64,000 nt of DNA from Batkoa obscura (taxonomy: Eukaryota): the NCBI GenBank assembly GCA_030770535.1, contig JASVEC010000022.1, positions 1-64,000 of the forward strand, read 5' to 3'. Below the pieces are notes generated by a model. It saw only the letters and a list, made by a program, of their open reading frames with translations. It had not been told where the DNA came from and made no database searches. The first letter of the stretch is position 1. Every line of letters starts with the position of its first letter. Shown one piece after another: positions 15,386-29,401 of the stretch. The position numbers and the translations under genes were made by a program.

Positions 15386-15979
15386 TGTGAAATATTGCTT
15401 TATTAGCTCTCGAATTGATTATAACACAACAATCACTTAAGTTGCTGTATTCTCAAGTTCAAATACAATCAATTCAGAGTCCCTTATTTTGATTTGCTGC
15501 GAGAATTTCTAACTTCATATTGCAAAGAATATTATCCTCTCGTTTTGATATCCATACTTATTGGTGTATAAAAGAGATTCTTCAATATGATAACTCGAGG
15601 CTTTTTTAATTGGATTACTCCCTGATAACGTATCATTAATAAAGTCACTAAATCTTTCTGACAACATCTTATATAGATTTTACGGTAATATCTTCCATTG
15701 TATTTGTTTACATAATTTGTAGCTTATTACATACTATTTCTATTAAGTTAAGTCTATCTTAGTTACATAAACTAAGACCGTTCGACTCAAGGCAAGTTAA
15801 TTAAGCAAGAGTAGCTTTTAACCTCTACTACTGAGTATCGGCTTTCGTATAGCCTATTGTATATTATTCTTATTAAGTTAAGTCTATCTTAGTTATATAA
15901 ACTAAGACCGTTCGACTCAAGGCAAGTTAATTAAGCAAGAGTAGCTTTTAACTTCAACCACTAAGTATCAACGTTCACA
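15386..15979 (+). mobile_element. Solo-LTR-like repeat, copy 2, with internal tandem duplication
   Basis: TGTGAAATATTG...TTCACA; homologous to 709..1174; 15741-15849 is repeated at 15871-15979. Confidence 0.65.
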
Positions 15980-15986
15980 GTCAATA

Positions 15987-16091
15987 TATGTGGATATACT
16001 TTTTTGTTTGAGAATCTTACTAACAATCTTTCCGCTCAAATAGCGCTTAAAAAATGGAAAAAGCGATGAAATCAAAAAAAATATCCCCATA
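15987..16091 (+). mobile_element. MITE family A copy (105 bp)
   Basis: TA|TATGTGGATATACTTTTTT...AAAATATCCCCATA|TA. Confidence 0.85.
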
Positions 16092-16798
16092 TATTATAAG
16101 TTTGTTGAACTACTTTAAAGTAGTTATTTAAATTGGAAGGATGAAGTTCATATGAAATAAATGTAGTGTACAGATAAGCACCTTTTCTAATGGCTTTTGT
16201 TATATTTTGTTTTTGTAGATAGGAAACATGTCTCTGATGTCATATATGGTACTTTTTTATTGTCCTAGTTTTTTATACATAAATCATTGCTAGTTTGATC
16301 ATATTCTCGGTTAATCTTTAAAGTACAATAATAATACTATTCTTTAAATATAACCTTATCTTTATTGAAGATATTGCTACTATGCATTACAAGTGATTTA
16401 ATATAATACTATCTTAAGTCTGCTACCTTATTTTGTTTTATCAAAATGTTAAAGTTAAAATTGTGTACTATTTATACAGGTAATTATTTTATATTTAATG
16501 ATCCATACATAATATTGATTTGGGCTAAAACATTTTAACATTGTTATTAGCTATTTATCATATTTAGTTGATCACCTTTTCAAGTTTATCAAGATAATTT
16601 TATTTGGGTATATCTACTTCCAAATAAAATTGGTTTTGATAGCTAAAGATATAATAAAATTTACTTTATAATGTCACTAGAGCTTCTTGGATTGAATGCA
16701 ATATATTTTTGTATGAAGTCCGTATTTAAAGTAGTTTAAACTTAAGGTAATAGCTGTATCAAACATTCTTTTATTTAATATTATATATTTTATAATGT

Positions 16799-17885
16799 CT
16801 ATTTTTCGATACTTTTACTATTCTTTTGCACTAAACCCTCAACAATCTTTGACGTATGTTGTAAAATAGATTTGGGTGAATGAAAACAAGATACATTTGC
16901 CAATTTCTCCACACGTTTGTAATAGTTTATCACTTTCTTTGAACCCTCATTATAAGCATCGATTCTACTTTCGATTGTTTTTCTATCAGGATTGTTAAAT
17001 CTCTTTATTTGTTCTTCTATTGTACAATCTATATTAATAACTAAATTGGGTGAGCAGATCTAATAAAATATAAGTTTAAAATAATAAAATATTGAAATAA
17101 TATTACATTGTCTTGGAACTCTATTGTTTGTTCTATTTTTCTTGGGAAACCATCAATTATAAATCTAGTCTTATTAGAAGTCAGCATTGCATTACGAAAA
17201 ATTAACGTAATAGTAGATGATGGGATAGTAACGCCATCTTTTATACAACTACTTAAAACTGAATAATTGGTAGATGAAGGGTCGTTTAATTCCTTTTCAA
17301 CTAATTCATTTACTAAACTTGTTAATATTTAAATATTAAAATTAAAACAAATAGTACGATTGAGATGTAACATATCAAATTTGTTTGATAGCTCTTTAGC
17401 TAAAGTAGTTTTGCCGCTTGAAGGTCCACCTAGTTATATTTAATATATATTATTTGTTAAAAATGATAAATTACCAATAATAAAAACAATAAACGGATCT
17501 TCATCAAGTAATAATTGATTATTCTTTTTCATCTCTTCAACCATTTTACCATAATTTTCACCACCTTAAATTAGTTTAATAAAATATAAATATAAGCAAT
17601 AAAAGTACCTTTTCTTTGTTGAATTAAGGCCCAATAAAGTCCATAAAGCATAGTCAACACTGCTACTACAGCTAATGGATGAAACCCACTACCATAATCT
17701 TCTATCATAGCTCTATCTCCGAATTTTATTTCTCTTCCATCGTTTAATACAATTTTATCAATTTTTTTCCCTTTCCCTTTCTTTAGCATTGAATAGCATC
17801 TGACAGTGTCATTGTTTATTATACACTTTTTAAATAGATTGGTATTTAATCTAAAACTTAATTTTTTTAACCTAATCAAACTCAT
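16799..17885 (-). CDS. Adenylate/UMP-CMP kinase-family protein with an N-terminal mitochondrial-type presequence and TM helix; multi-exon
   Basis: Spliced: PFIVFIIGGPSSGKTTLAKEL, CIKDGVTIP, RFIIDGFPRKIEQ, TIESRIDAYNEGSKKVINYY; basic N-terminus and hydrophobic segment LAVVAVLTMLYGLYWALI. Confidence 0.75.
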
Positions 17886-18205
17886 ACTTGTTAAATATTT
17901 GATTTAATTTGATTATTTTAAATGTAGACTTTATTTTCCCATAAACTAACGAATCAATCCTTTAGTAAATCTTAACAGTTATTTAACTATTTGAATAATA
18001 AAGTTGAATATAATGTGAATTTAGTAGCACTATGCATAAATTATTATAATAAACAGACACCTTCATTTTCTAAATAGAATAAATATTCAAAATATTTAAA
18101 AAATTTAATATAATTGGTCTAAAAGCGAATTACTACATAAAACATTGAGGTGAAAAAGTATATTAATAATATTTTCTTATATCCAATTTACATCTACTGC
18201 TAATA

Positions 18206-18890
18206 ATGTCATCTCAATTAAATACTAAAACTATTATATCTAACGTTAATGAAAAATATAGTGATATCTTAAGTAATATAATAAGATTCAAATTAAGCTT
18301 TGATGAAGTTCACGAAGCAGAATTAATAGACTCTGATAACTCTGGAATTAAAGTTTTATTTTTTGATAAAAAAGATAGTGAAAAAAAGAAGAAAGGGTAC
18401 ATAAAGTTTAATGACCAAATTAATAATACAAGTGAATTTTATACACAATTTTCAGTTTTAAAAAAAGAAGCATATGAAGGTTTAAAGGTAAAACATAATA
18501 ATATATCCTCATTTTAATAGCTTAATATTATATTAGATAAAAGAAGTAGAAGTTTCAGATAAGATAGACAACTTTAAACTTCCAGATGGCTACCTTATGG
18601 TAATGGTGCTTTGTGGAATGACCTTTTTATTTTGTTTTGCATATCGTATTGGGCTGAATCCACTTTTAACTGAACTTAGAGATAATATGGGTGACGAATT
18701 CATATTCCGTACTATTAGCTACATCCTGTATTCAAATATCATAGTATCGTTCTTAACTTTTATTGTCTGTTATTTACACGGGAATTATACTTTTTACTGT
18801 ACTTGTAAATGGATGACATCTTCGTTCATATTTGGAATGCTATCTCTTGCAGTATTGGTCCCTTCAAGACGCCTTAAGATCCTTGGTTGA
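18206..18890 (+). CDS. DUF2470-like N-terminal domain plus C-terminal TM region (TMEM254-like); 2 exons
   Basis: IISNVNEKYSDILSNII..AELIDSDNSGIKV..IKF..LKKEAYEGL, followed by three hydrophobic segments ending WMTSSFIFGMLSL. Confidence 0.6.
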
Positions 18891-19005
18891 TTCGTTCTAA
18901 CCGCTTTTTTTAATGACAGCAAGATTCTTGATCAAAAATAAAATTAATACAGAATAATGTGAAACTAAATTAAAATGAACATTTTCAATTTAATAACAAT
19001 AGATT

Positions 19006-19483
19006 TTAATTCCTTTTGGAGATTTTTTTTGAGCCAAGAGTAACTTTATCGGATTCCAAACTAGCAACAAAATCATTCAAAATATCATAAAGATGATCAT
19101 TTCTACGTGCACACAATTTAACATCTTCTGACGTGATTGTACTTCTTCTAGCATGGCCAGAGAAAGCTTCGATATCTTTTGACATGTGTTGTAATTGCGT
19201 ATACATTACATCTCCCAAAACTTGCTTAAAATTTCGAGTTATCTTACAATTGAGTTTTTTTTCTATTTAATATTTAAAGTTAAATCATTATTATAATATC
19301 CTTTGTTTTACCTTCAGAATCACAAACCTTAGATGTTGTGTTCCATATCGAAGCTCTCAATTTCTATTATAATTTAATATTGTCGATTTATAATAAATAA
19401 TTTACCTCTTCTATTCCATCTATATTTAAATCACCATCATCTTTATTTAAACCTGAATCATTTATATCTTCAAGGCTGTCCAT
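19006..19483 (-). CDS. MHF1: CENP-S/MHF1 histone-fold protein; 3 exons
   Basis: LRASIWNTTSKVC, KDIEAFSGHARRSTITSEDVKLCARRNDHL. Confidence 0.9.
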
Positions 19484-19654
19484 AATTTACAAAAGTTTAA
19501 AAAAAAGCAAATTAACTATTTGTAGTTTTCAACCCAAGTTAATAATAAGTTCTAATAATAAAAATAATATATTGTCAAATTAAATAAAAAGATTGTTTCG
19601 TTTTAATTAAATCATTTAAATTATTAAAAATCAACATTTTATTATCAAATTATA

Positions 19655-21327
19655 TTAATGAAAAAGTGCTTCGATCTCACTTACTTCCTTTAGAAGAGGA
19701 GTAAGATTATCGTGACCATTTTCAGTAACAACTACTGAATCTTCAATACGTACACCACCAACCTTAACAAATTCTTGGGCAAGATCAATATTTACGTATT
19801 TGGCAATTTCTGGATCAGCAATACCTGCAGCAATTAAAGCTGAAGAGAAGTAGATACCCGGTTCAACAGTTACAACCATACCTTTGGTAAGTTTACGGCG
19901 CATACGTAAATAGCGAATCCCTGGTTCTTGAATACGTTCAACACCTTTGGGATAACCACCGACATCATGGACATCAAGACCAATAGAATGGCCAAGGCCA
20001 TGTGGGAAAAATATAGCTACAGCACCAGATTTTAAGGCTTCTTCAGGAGTACCTTTGAGGATATTAAGTTTGACTAAACCTTCAGCAGCAACTTTCATAG
20101 CAAGACGGTGTAAATCTTCCCATTGTACACCTTCTTTGATGTCATCAAGGACTGCTTTTTGCATATCAAGTACTAATTGATAAACAGCACGTCCTTTTTC
20201 AGTAAATTTACCAGCAACTGGGAATGTACGAGTGATATCGGCAGCGTGATAACGGAAATCACATCCAGCGTCAACTAATACTAATTCACCTTCTGCTTTA
20301 ATATTAGCACAGTTTTGGTGATAGTGGAGAATAGCCCCATTAGTACCAGATCCTACAATAGGATTATAACCTAACCCAGATGAACTAAATAAATATTTAA
20401 TATTTATTTTTTTAATATATATAATTTACCCATGAGCATGGCAATGATATGCGAATAGGGCATGGAGTTCACGTTCATTCATACCAGCTTGTGCTTCTTT
20501 GATTAATTTAACATGAGCTTCACTGAATGCAGCTTAATAAGTACTCAAAATAATTTAATTAAAATAGATTACCAAGAGATACGATTAGCTTCACGTAAAA
20601 GTGAGATTTCAAACTCTGATTTAATCATCCGTGATTCATTTAATGCACTAATAAAATATTAAGTTTATATTAACAAACAGAGTATAATAACTCACGTTTG
20701 AAGATGTTCATTATTAAGTTTTGATGAAAACTGAGCAATAATTTCGTTTTTAAATACTTGATCAAACGTATGAATAGTATTTGAGTTCAACTTCTCAATA
20801 TAAGGAATAAGCTGCTCAACGTATAATATTTCATCAACATTATATTTTTCTTTTTGTTCAGTTAAAGTTGCTATTTGAGATAAATTTAATTTCAAATTTA
20901 ATTATTCTAATGTAACTTACGTTGCTCTCCAATCCACATTATTTCATCATCATGTATCTTTGGTGCAAATAAAATAGATTTACCAGAGGATAATTCAACA
21001 ATGACGTGATATCCAGGTTGATCAACACCTAATAAATTAATTAGTCCATTTAATAACTGAATAAATTTTATATTACCAGTTAAATAGAAGAAATTAGATT
21101 CTTGACGAAATACTTCATCCTAATAGCAGGGTTTAGAAAAATATTGATCTTAATTCGTTTATAATTACCATATCAGTGTCATGTCTGCAAGAAGCAATGT
21201 CACCTTGGAGATACAAAATATCATTGTCTTGGACTTTGGTTAATGTTTTTAAATAATTAACGACTTTCTCGACATTTTGTTTAGCAGGGTATTGTACGTT
21301 GATGAGCTGAGATACTGTTGCAACCAT
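19655..21327 (-). CDS. Xaa-Pro dipeptidase (prolidase, peptidase M24B); multi-exon
   Basis: FRQESNFFYLTG, LVDAGCDFRYHAADITRTFP, PHGLGHSIGLDVHD, VTVEPGIYF, GGVRIED. Confidence 0.93.
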
Positions 21328-21963
21328 ATTGAATTTAAATTAAAATAGGTAATAGTATGATCTGGTATTGTCTATTTATACTTTTATTTTTTGTTTTTAT
21401 TTAAATAATTAATACTACAAATTTAATTGATTATAATTGGTTAAATTTATTGTGGTTATGGTTGAAAATGACATCAAGTGACCAAAATTTCGAAGTGAAA
21501 TCATTCTAATTTAAATTCTAATTAAATTAATCTAAAATTTTCATTAATAATAATATTATATCATATTAATTTATGTAGCAAATATCCTGGTATCTTAACG
21601 TTAAAGAGCTTAAAATATTACATGTTGATTATATTTATTTTAATAGATTTCTATAAATTTACGGTTATTTGATATAGGTGTGAGCTTATTTTTGTTTAAT
21701 AGCTTGGTTGATATTTTTGAATTCAGTCTTCTAAAAATGGTCAAAATAGTGAAACGAATAAACACACTCACTCTTGTAAATAAAAATTAATATTAATTTT
21801 ACTTTCCTATTTTTTATTCTATTCTATTTATCATTAATAATTTCATGTATTAATATTAGCTTTTTATTTCATATACATTTACTTGTTATGATTTATTAAA
21901 AGTAGTTAATAAGTTTTAATAAATTTTATTTTAATAAAAAAGTGAAATACAAATTAGATATTG

Positions 21964-24888
21964 TTACATAGGGGCATTTGGATTAAAATTAAAGTCAAAG
22001 TTATATAAGGGATCCCAACCAAATGGCTCTAATGTATTATTTCTATCTGAACTCATATTTTGTAAATTATTATTACTGTTAAATCCATTGTACATGAATT
22101 GATTAGGATCAATAATATTTTGATTATTGAGATTGGTAAATGCAGCTAAATTACTGCTATTATTAAGTTGTGCTTGATTTTGCTGTAATAATGAATTTAA
22201 AAAGAGTTGTTGATTGGCATTATTATTAAATAACATTGTGTTTTGTAACCCTTGCTGGGCTAGCGAATTATAGTTCATTATATAATTACTATTGTTATTA
22301 TTTCCCAAGTTTACACCTTCTGATATTAATGTATTTGAATTCAAAGTAGGTTGATTTTGCTGAGAGCCAATATTACTATTAGTTAAGTTTACTTGATTAG
22401 TGCTCAATTCAAAAGCTGATTGCTGAACAAAAGCTTGATTGCTTGAACTATAGCTTGTGGAATTTGTAACTGAAATATCCCTTTTTGGTACATTCTCAAT
22501 AATTTCACGTAATATGGCCGGTTGTTCACTTAAAGGCTGGGCTTGAATACCTGGGTTTGAATTGCTGTTCGAACCATCATTGTTTTGATTATTATTACCC
22601 GAAATGTTCGTCTGCTTAATGTCTTTAAGTACCCTAGCTTGCAAAAATTGAGTTGGGTTGAGAGGTTTAATTCCATGTACTCCTATATTTGGATTAATAT
22701 TATTTGGCATAGCTGGATTAACGTTTTGTTGTTGAGGTGTATTTTCTCTAATATTTTGTGGAATACTATTCTTGTCGTTATTTTCGCCTTGCTCAACCCA
22801 TTGTTCTGAACTAGCTAATCCATAAAACGTGTGTACGATTTCTTTAAGGGATTCGGGCCAAGATTCATCAATATAACCTTGTGTTAGAATACCTAAAGAT
22901 GTTAACATATCAAGAGACCCCATAACGATCTTCTTTGACATGGGTGTATGACTAAAGGTTGAAATAATACTTAGTGTATCAAACGCATACTGCTTAGACT
23001 TTTCTTGAGAAGCCTGCTCATCAATAGTTGTAGATGCTCCTAAAGTGTGAATTGAAAATGCTACCAATAATGGATAATATTTAAAAAATAAGAAAGTTTC
23101 TTTGTAACTCTCGATATGATTACTAACTAAATGTACGATACCTCGTGACGCGATTTCACATTTATCATAATAAGAGCGTGCAAACGTACTAAGCAAATTA
23201 GATGGTCGAGGCAAAAGCGGACGATGAAGTAAAATTGTGATAGTCAAATAATACAATTTAAGGTGCAATCCAAATTTATAACTATTATTTTGCTCAGAGT
23301 AATCCAATGAATTTATCTGTGGCCATTCTTGTAATAAAGAATGGTACCACCCTAATAGTGTGTCATCCAAATGGTGTATTTGTGATTGTAATTTTAAAGC
23401 AGAATAGCCTTGACGGGAACGCACTGAATAAATGTTGTGTGTTAATTTTCCATAAATTTGCATCAATTCAACAAATTTAGAAAAAAACATCCGTCTCAAA
23501 TTTAAAGGAGGCTGTTTAGGAAGTGGGATGGATACAACGTTTGGCATACCAGATCCAGTTTCATAAGAAAGATCTGGAAAAGGGGTGTCATATTCATCTT
23601 CGCTAATAGCAAGAGGTCGACCAACGTTTACACTGGTGATTCTATCAGTGATGTAACAGCCCCACCATAATCTACGTCTTGCTTCTCTTTCCAACAAACT
23701 TTCAGGGTCGCTTTCTACAATAATAAAATCACGATGTAATCCAAGGTCTAAAGCTTGGCGAATAGCAATACCCGAATTAGTCCAAGATTTCCCACCACGA
23801 GCTATATGAACACATAAAGAAAGTAAAAGAAATGCTTGAATACTATAAATTGTAGGCTCATCAATCAAGAGCAAAAGTTTTTGACGAGAACGGACATAAA
23901 GAATTTCGCCTAGTTGGGTTAAATTTTCAATTTGGTTCTGCTTAATATGTTCAAATGTATAAAGACTGAGTGAGCAAACTGCATCTAATAAAAAAGCAGG
24001 AAGTGATGAGGTTGATTGATTGTACTCCTGTAAGAACCAATCCTGGCAAATGATGGGAAAATGAGGATGAATGGTATTGAAATAATTGACTACCAATATG
24101 TCTAGGTGTTCTTTGGGTAAAGATATATTCAAGTTTAATGAAGCGGTTCTACTTGCACTAAGGATATCGGCATCAGCAGGCACTTTCAACAGTTCAACTT
24201 TATCTGCTTCTTTACTTTGTCGCATTAAATAAACCCCAGAACTTTCGCCAAGATACCTTGTGCTTCCATTTTCTAAAAGATTAAGCTGACCTGCTTTTCT
24301 AGGTGGATTTACATGCTTAACTACTGCTTGAGATCTTAAGTTCACCCCAGAAACTTTGATGTAACTTTCAACTGGTCTTGGAAATTTAGAAACTTCCTTC
24401 CCTGTTGATTTGTTATTTGAACTTATAACTCTTACCTCATTATTTCTGTTCGCTAAAACTATTTGTTTATTGTTCCCTGTTTCATTTTTGGACGTTTCAT
24501 TATTAACATGTTTAGGAGATTCATGATCAGAGTTAATTTCTTCCCCAAATTCTAAATTATCGTAATTTTCATCAAAAAACGGCTCACCTTCTATAAGGAA
24601 AGGATCTTCAGAATTAGAAGCAAAATTTGGAGGAACTGAAGGCGATATTTTTTCAACGTAATCTTCTAAAAGGTTTTGTAAACTATCGAGCCTATTTTCT
24701 AACGCTCTAACATAGCCCTTTTGTGGCCCTCTTCTTTTTTCAATTGCTACGTAGACACATTCGAATCCATGCACAGTGCAATTTGAACATTTGGGATAAT
24801 CGCCAGAGCATTTGGTTTTTTTTTTTCTACAAGGTTCACAAGCCTGTCTAGCCCTTGATCTTTTGTTAGCAGACTCGTCGTCAGCCAT
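21964..24888 (-). CDS. Zn(II)2Cys6 transcription factor with fungal TF middle homology region and N/Q-rich tail; intronless
   Basis: ACEPCRKKKTKCSGDYPKCSNCTVHGFECVY, YLGESSG, AIRQALDLGLHR, RRRLWWGCYITDR. Confidence 0.95.
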   Translation of the reverse strand: MADDESANKRSRARQACEPCRKKKTKCSGDYPKCSNCTVHGFECVYVAIEKRRGPQKGYVRALENRLDSLQNLLEDYVEKISPSVPPNFASNSEDPFLIEGEPFFDENYDNLEFGEEINSDHESPKHVNNETSKNETGNNKQIVLANRNNEVRVISSNNKSTGKEVSKFPRPVESYIKVSGVNLRSQAVVKHVNPPRKAGQLNLLENGSTRYLGESSGVYLMRQSKEADKVELLKVPADADILSASRTASLNLNISLPKEHLDILVVNYFNTIHPHFPIICQDWFLQEYNQSTSSLPAFLLDAVCSLSLYTFEHIKQNQIENLTQLGEILYVRSRQKLLLLIDEPTIYSIQAFLLLSLCVHIARGGKSWTNSGIAIRQALDLGLHRDFIIVESDPESLLEREARRRLWWGCYITDRITSVNVGRPLAISEDEYDTPFPDLSYETGSGMPNVVSIPLPKQPPLNLRRMFFSKFVELMQIYGKLTHNIYSVRSRQGYSALKLQSQIHHLDDTLLGWYHSLLQEWPQINSLDYSEQNNSYKFGLHLKLYYLTITILLHRPLLPRPSNLLSTFARSYYDKCEIASRGIVHLVSNHIESYKETFLFFKYYPLLVAFSIHTLGASTTIDEQASQEKSKQYAFDTLSIISTFSHTPMSKKIVMGSLDMLTSLGILTQGYIDESWPESLKEIVHTFYGLASSEQWVEQGENNDKNSIPQNIRENTPQQQNVNPAMPNNINPNIGVHGIKPLNPTQFLQARVLKDIKQTNISGNNNQNNDGSNSNSNPGIQAQPLSEQPAILREIIENVPKRDISVTNSTSYSSSNQAFVQQSAFELSTNQVNLTNSNIGSQQNQPTLNSNTLISEGVNLGNNNNSNYIMNYNSLAQQGLQNTMLFNNNANQQLFLNSLLQQNQAQLNNSSNLAAFTNLNNQNIIDPNQFMYNGFNSNNNLQNMSSDRNNTLEPFGWDPLYNFDFNFNPNAPM

Positions 24889-25734
24889 TTTAAACTAGTT
24901 TTAATTATATATTTAAAATATAAATTTTACTGAAAGCATATAGCTTGAGGAATGAAAAAACTATTTATCAAATTCTCATAATTATTTCAGAATAGTTGAG
25001 TAATATTTATACACATTTTAGGTTACAGTTAAAAACTACTAAATTTGTAAATAATCACAGTTTAAAGCAGGAAATTGAATTTTAAATATTAATAAAACGA
25101 AGTTTATTAAAAGAAATTCACTAAAAAGAAGTTATATAAGAATACTAGAATTAAGCTAAGATATATTATAGAAAGTGTCAATAGCTTTACATTTCTCGAT
25201 TCCAATATGTTTCAATTATCAATTATCAATTTTCAATACGAATAAAAGTTAGTTTATTAAAGTGTTAATATTGTTTTAAACATTGCGCAGTTCAACTAAT
25301 ATTGTATTATTAATACAATAAATATTTAGGTTATATTTCAAGTATAATAAACTTAAAGTCATTAAAATAGAATTTTGATTTTTTTTTCTTTTAATGTATT
25401 AAGGTTTCTTCATTTTAAAATCAGAAGATTAAAGATTTTAGAATGTCCTATTTGCCAGTTTTTAATAAATATAATACCAACTAGTGTTTCTAATATATTA
25501 TTTATATAATTATATCAGATAAAATTGTAGTATTAACGTGATTATAGCTTATTCACATTCAATTTGATAGAGATAAGGCTAAAATTAAAAAAAGGATTAA
25601 GTTACAATAAATTAAATCATGTTAAAAATAATTTATAGCTAATGTTTGATAAGAAATTAAAAATGATTGGATTAAATAATCGGCATGCAGCTATAAATTA
25701 AATTATAATCAAATATAAGTAAAATAAATTTTTT

Positions 25735-27661
<1,927 letters not shown>

Positions 27662-28693
27662 TTATAACAACTGTTTACTAAAGTTGTTGTTCTATTTTCT
27701 GAACATTTCGTTTATATTTGAAATATATCCCGTATATAATATTCTTTAACCCATTATTATAAAAATAAATACTGTTTTATGTTACCATACCCATTCTTTA
27801 AAAACATTAACCTATTAGATAATAATCATCTTTTTTTATTATTGTTTATGAATAAGACTATATGTAAACTTCTTTTTTTGGTTCAGTATTTGGCTAAAAA
27901 GTTTTAATACATGTTGAATAAAAAATAAATAAACGAAAGAAACTAAAAAAACATTACCATCCGTTTAATATTTTATTGTAACTCGGCACATACAATGTTT
28001 GAACTTATTATAATACGTTTTGTAGTGAATATAATATATGAACTCGCCAAACTTAGGAAAGCCTATTTCAAAGCAACTTATAATAAAAGTTTAAAAGGTG
28101 CAGATAGCATAAGTGAATATCTTTTCAATTTTGTTCACTTCTAACCTAGCTTATAATTGTTTAAGTTTAAATATTTACTCTGTGGCGATAATTTTTATAT
28201 CCAATAGGTTATATTATTGAGCTGATTACAGCTTGATATTTAAGATCTATTCTTAAATAAATAGTTAACTTGCGCACTTTTAAGCTTAAACACTTTTAAT
28301 AATAATAAAATTGTTCCTTAAAAAACTTAGTTGTAGGCATCTTATATATTTTTCAAGAATTATGATATTAAACTCTTTTTTAGATAGTATGTTTTTAATA
28401 GAATTATAGTTCTTTTTAACTAACTATTATAATTTAGTTTATACATTATTGATATTTAAATTTCATATTCATTAACTAAAGTGAAATATCCTTTTGTAAA
28501 CTTAAACTTAAACTTAAACTTTATAAGAGTCATTTTTAGCTATTAATTTGAAATAAATAAAACTTTGTAAATGTTATTAATAGACCAAATAACTATTTTA
28601 TTATTGAATCTAAATTGAATCCAACATTAGAATATTTATCTCAAATAAATATTTCATATAGATAAAATTAATCTGCTTAACTTATAGTCAATT

Positions 28694-29401
28694 TTAATAC
28701 TCATAGTTGCTGTAGTCTTCCTTGTAGTCCCCTGAATTTTCTTCGTAATCGCCTGAGTAATCCCCCTTGTTTTCGCCTCCATATTCACCGCTGTATTCAC
28801 CATTATTATTACAATAGTCATCATAAGGGTCGCATGATGGTTTTGGACCTGGAGCAGTAGAGGTAGCTGGAGCAGTAGAAGTAACTGCAGTAGTAGATTT
28901 ACCACAGGTTGGATCATAAGGGTCACATGATGGTTTTGGACCTGGAGCAGTAGATTTACCACAGGTTGGATCATAAGGGTCACATGATGGTTTTGGACCT
29001 GGAGCAGTAGATTTACCACAGGTTGGATCATAAGGGTCACATGATGGTTTTGGACCTGGAGCAGTAGATTTACCACAGGTTGGATCATAAGGGTCACATG
29101 ATGGACTTGGGCCTGGAGCAGTAGATTTACCACAGGTTGGATCATAAGGGTCGCATGATGGACTTGGACCTGGACCTGGAGCAGTAGCAGTGCATATTTC
29201 ATTAGCTTTGGTTTCAGTTACGGTAGTAGTGATAGCTGGAGGAGCAGAGCATGGTTGAGTAGCAGCTGGAGCAGTGACAGTCTTAACTTCAGTTTTGGTA
29301 CAAGTTTTAGTGATGGTTTGAGCCTGGCATTGTTGCTGGTTATATACGTCAGTAGCAGAAACGACGGCAAGAAGTAAAGCAGTAATTGTAAAATATTTCA
29401 T
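28694..29401 (-). CDS. Secreted Cys/Pro/Thr tandem-repeat protein with Tyr/acidic C-terminus
   Basis: ATG at 29401 (MKYFTITALLLAVVSA signal peptide); five TAPGP[KS]PSCDPYDPTCGKS units plus one variant; biased codon use. Confidence 0.9.
   Translation of the reverse strand: MKYFTITALLLAVVSATDVYNQQQCQAQTITKTCTKTEVKTVTAPAATQPCSAPPAITTTVTETKANEICTATAPGPGPSPSCDPYDPTCGKSTAPGPSPSCDPYDPTCGKSTAPGPKPSCDPYDPTCGKSTAPGPKPSCDPYDPTCGKSTAPGPKPSCDPYDPTCGKSTTAVTSTAPATSTAPGPKPSCDPYDDYCNNNGEYSGEYGGENKGDYSGDYEENSGDYKEDYSNYEY
28816..29190. repeat. 57-bp coding tandem repeat
   Basis: GTAGATTTACCACAGGTTGGATCATAAGGGTC[AG]CATGATGG..GGAGCA repeated. Confidence 0.95.

Noticed and set aside
15775..15925. GTTCGACTC as a tRNA T-loop
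   Set aside because: No cloverleaf or clear A-box; lies within the LTR-like repeat, and copy 1 has CTTCGA
16100..16770. Possible degenerate minus-strand gene; a fragment SDIINYQNQFYLEVDIPK loosely resembles HSP20
   Set aside because: Stops in every frame tried and no consistent splice model; the similarity is too short to support
28816..29190. Regularly spaced repeats resembling a CRISPR array
   Set aside because: No unique spacers; in-frame coding tandem repeat in a eukaryotic gene
28654..29202. 182-aa alternative-frame ORF with LLLQVQNHHVTLMIQPVVN repeats
   Set aside because: Shadow frame of the 57-bp repeat gene; no signal peptide or proper start
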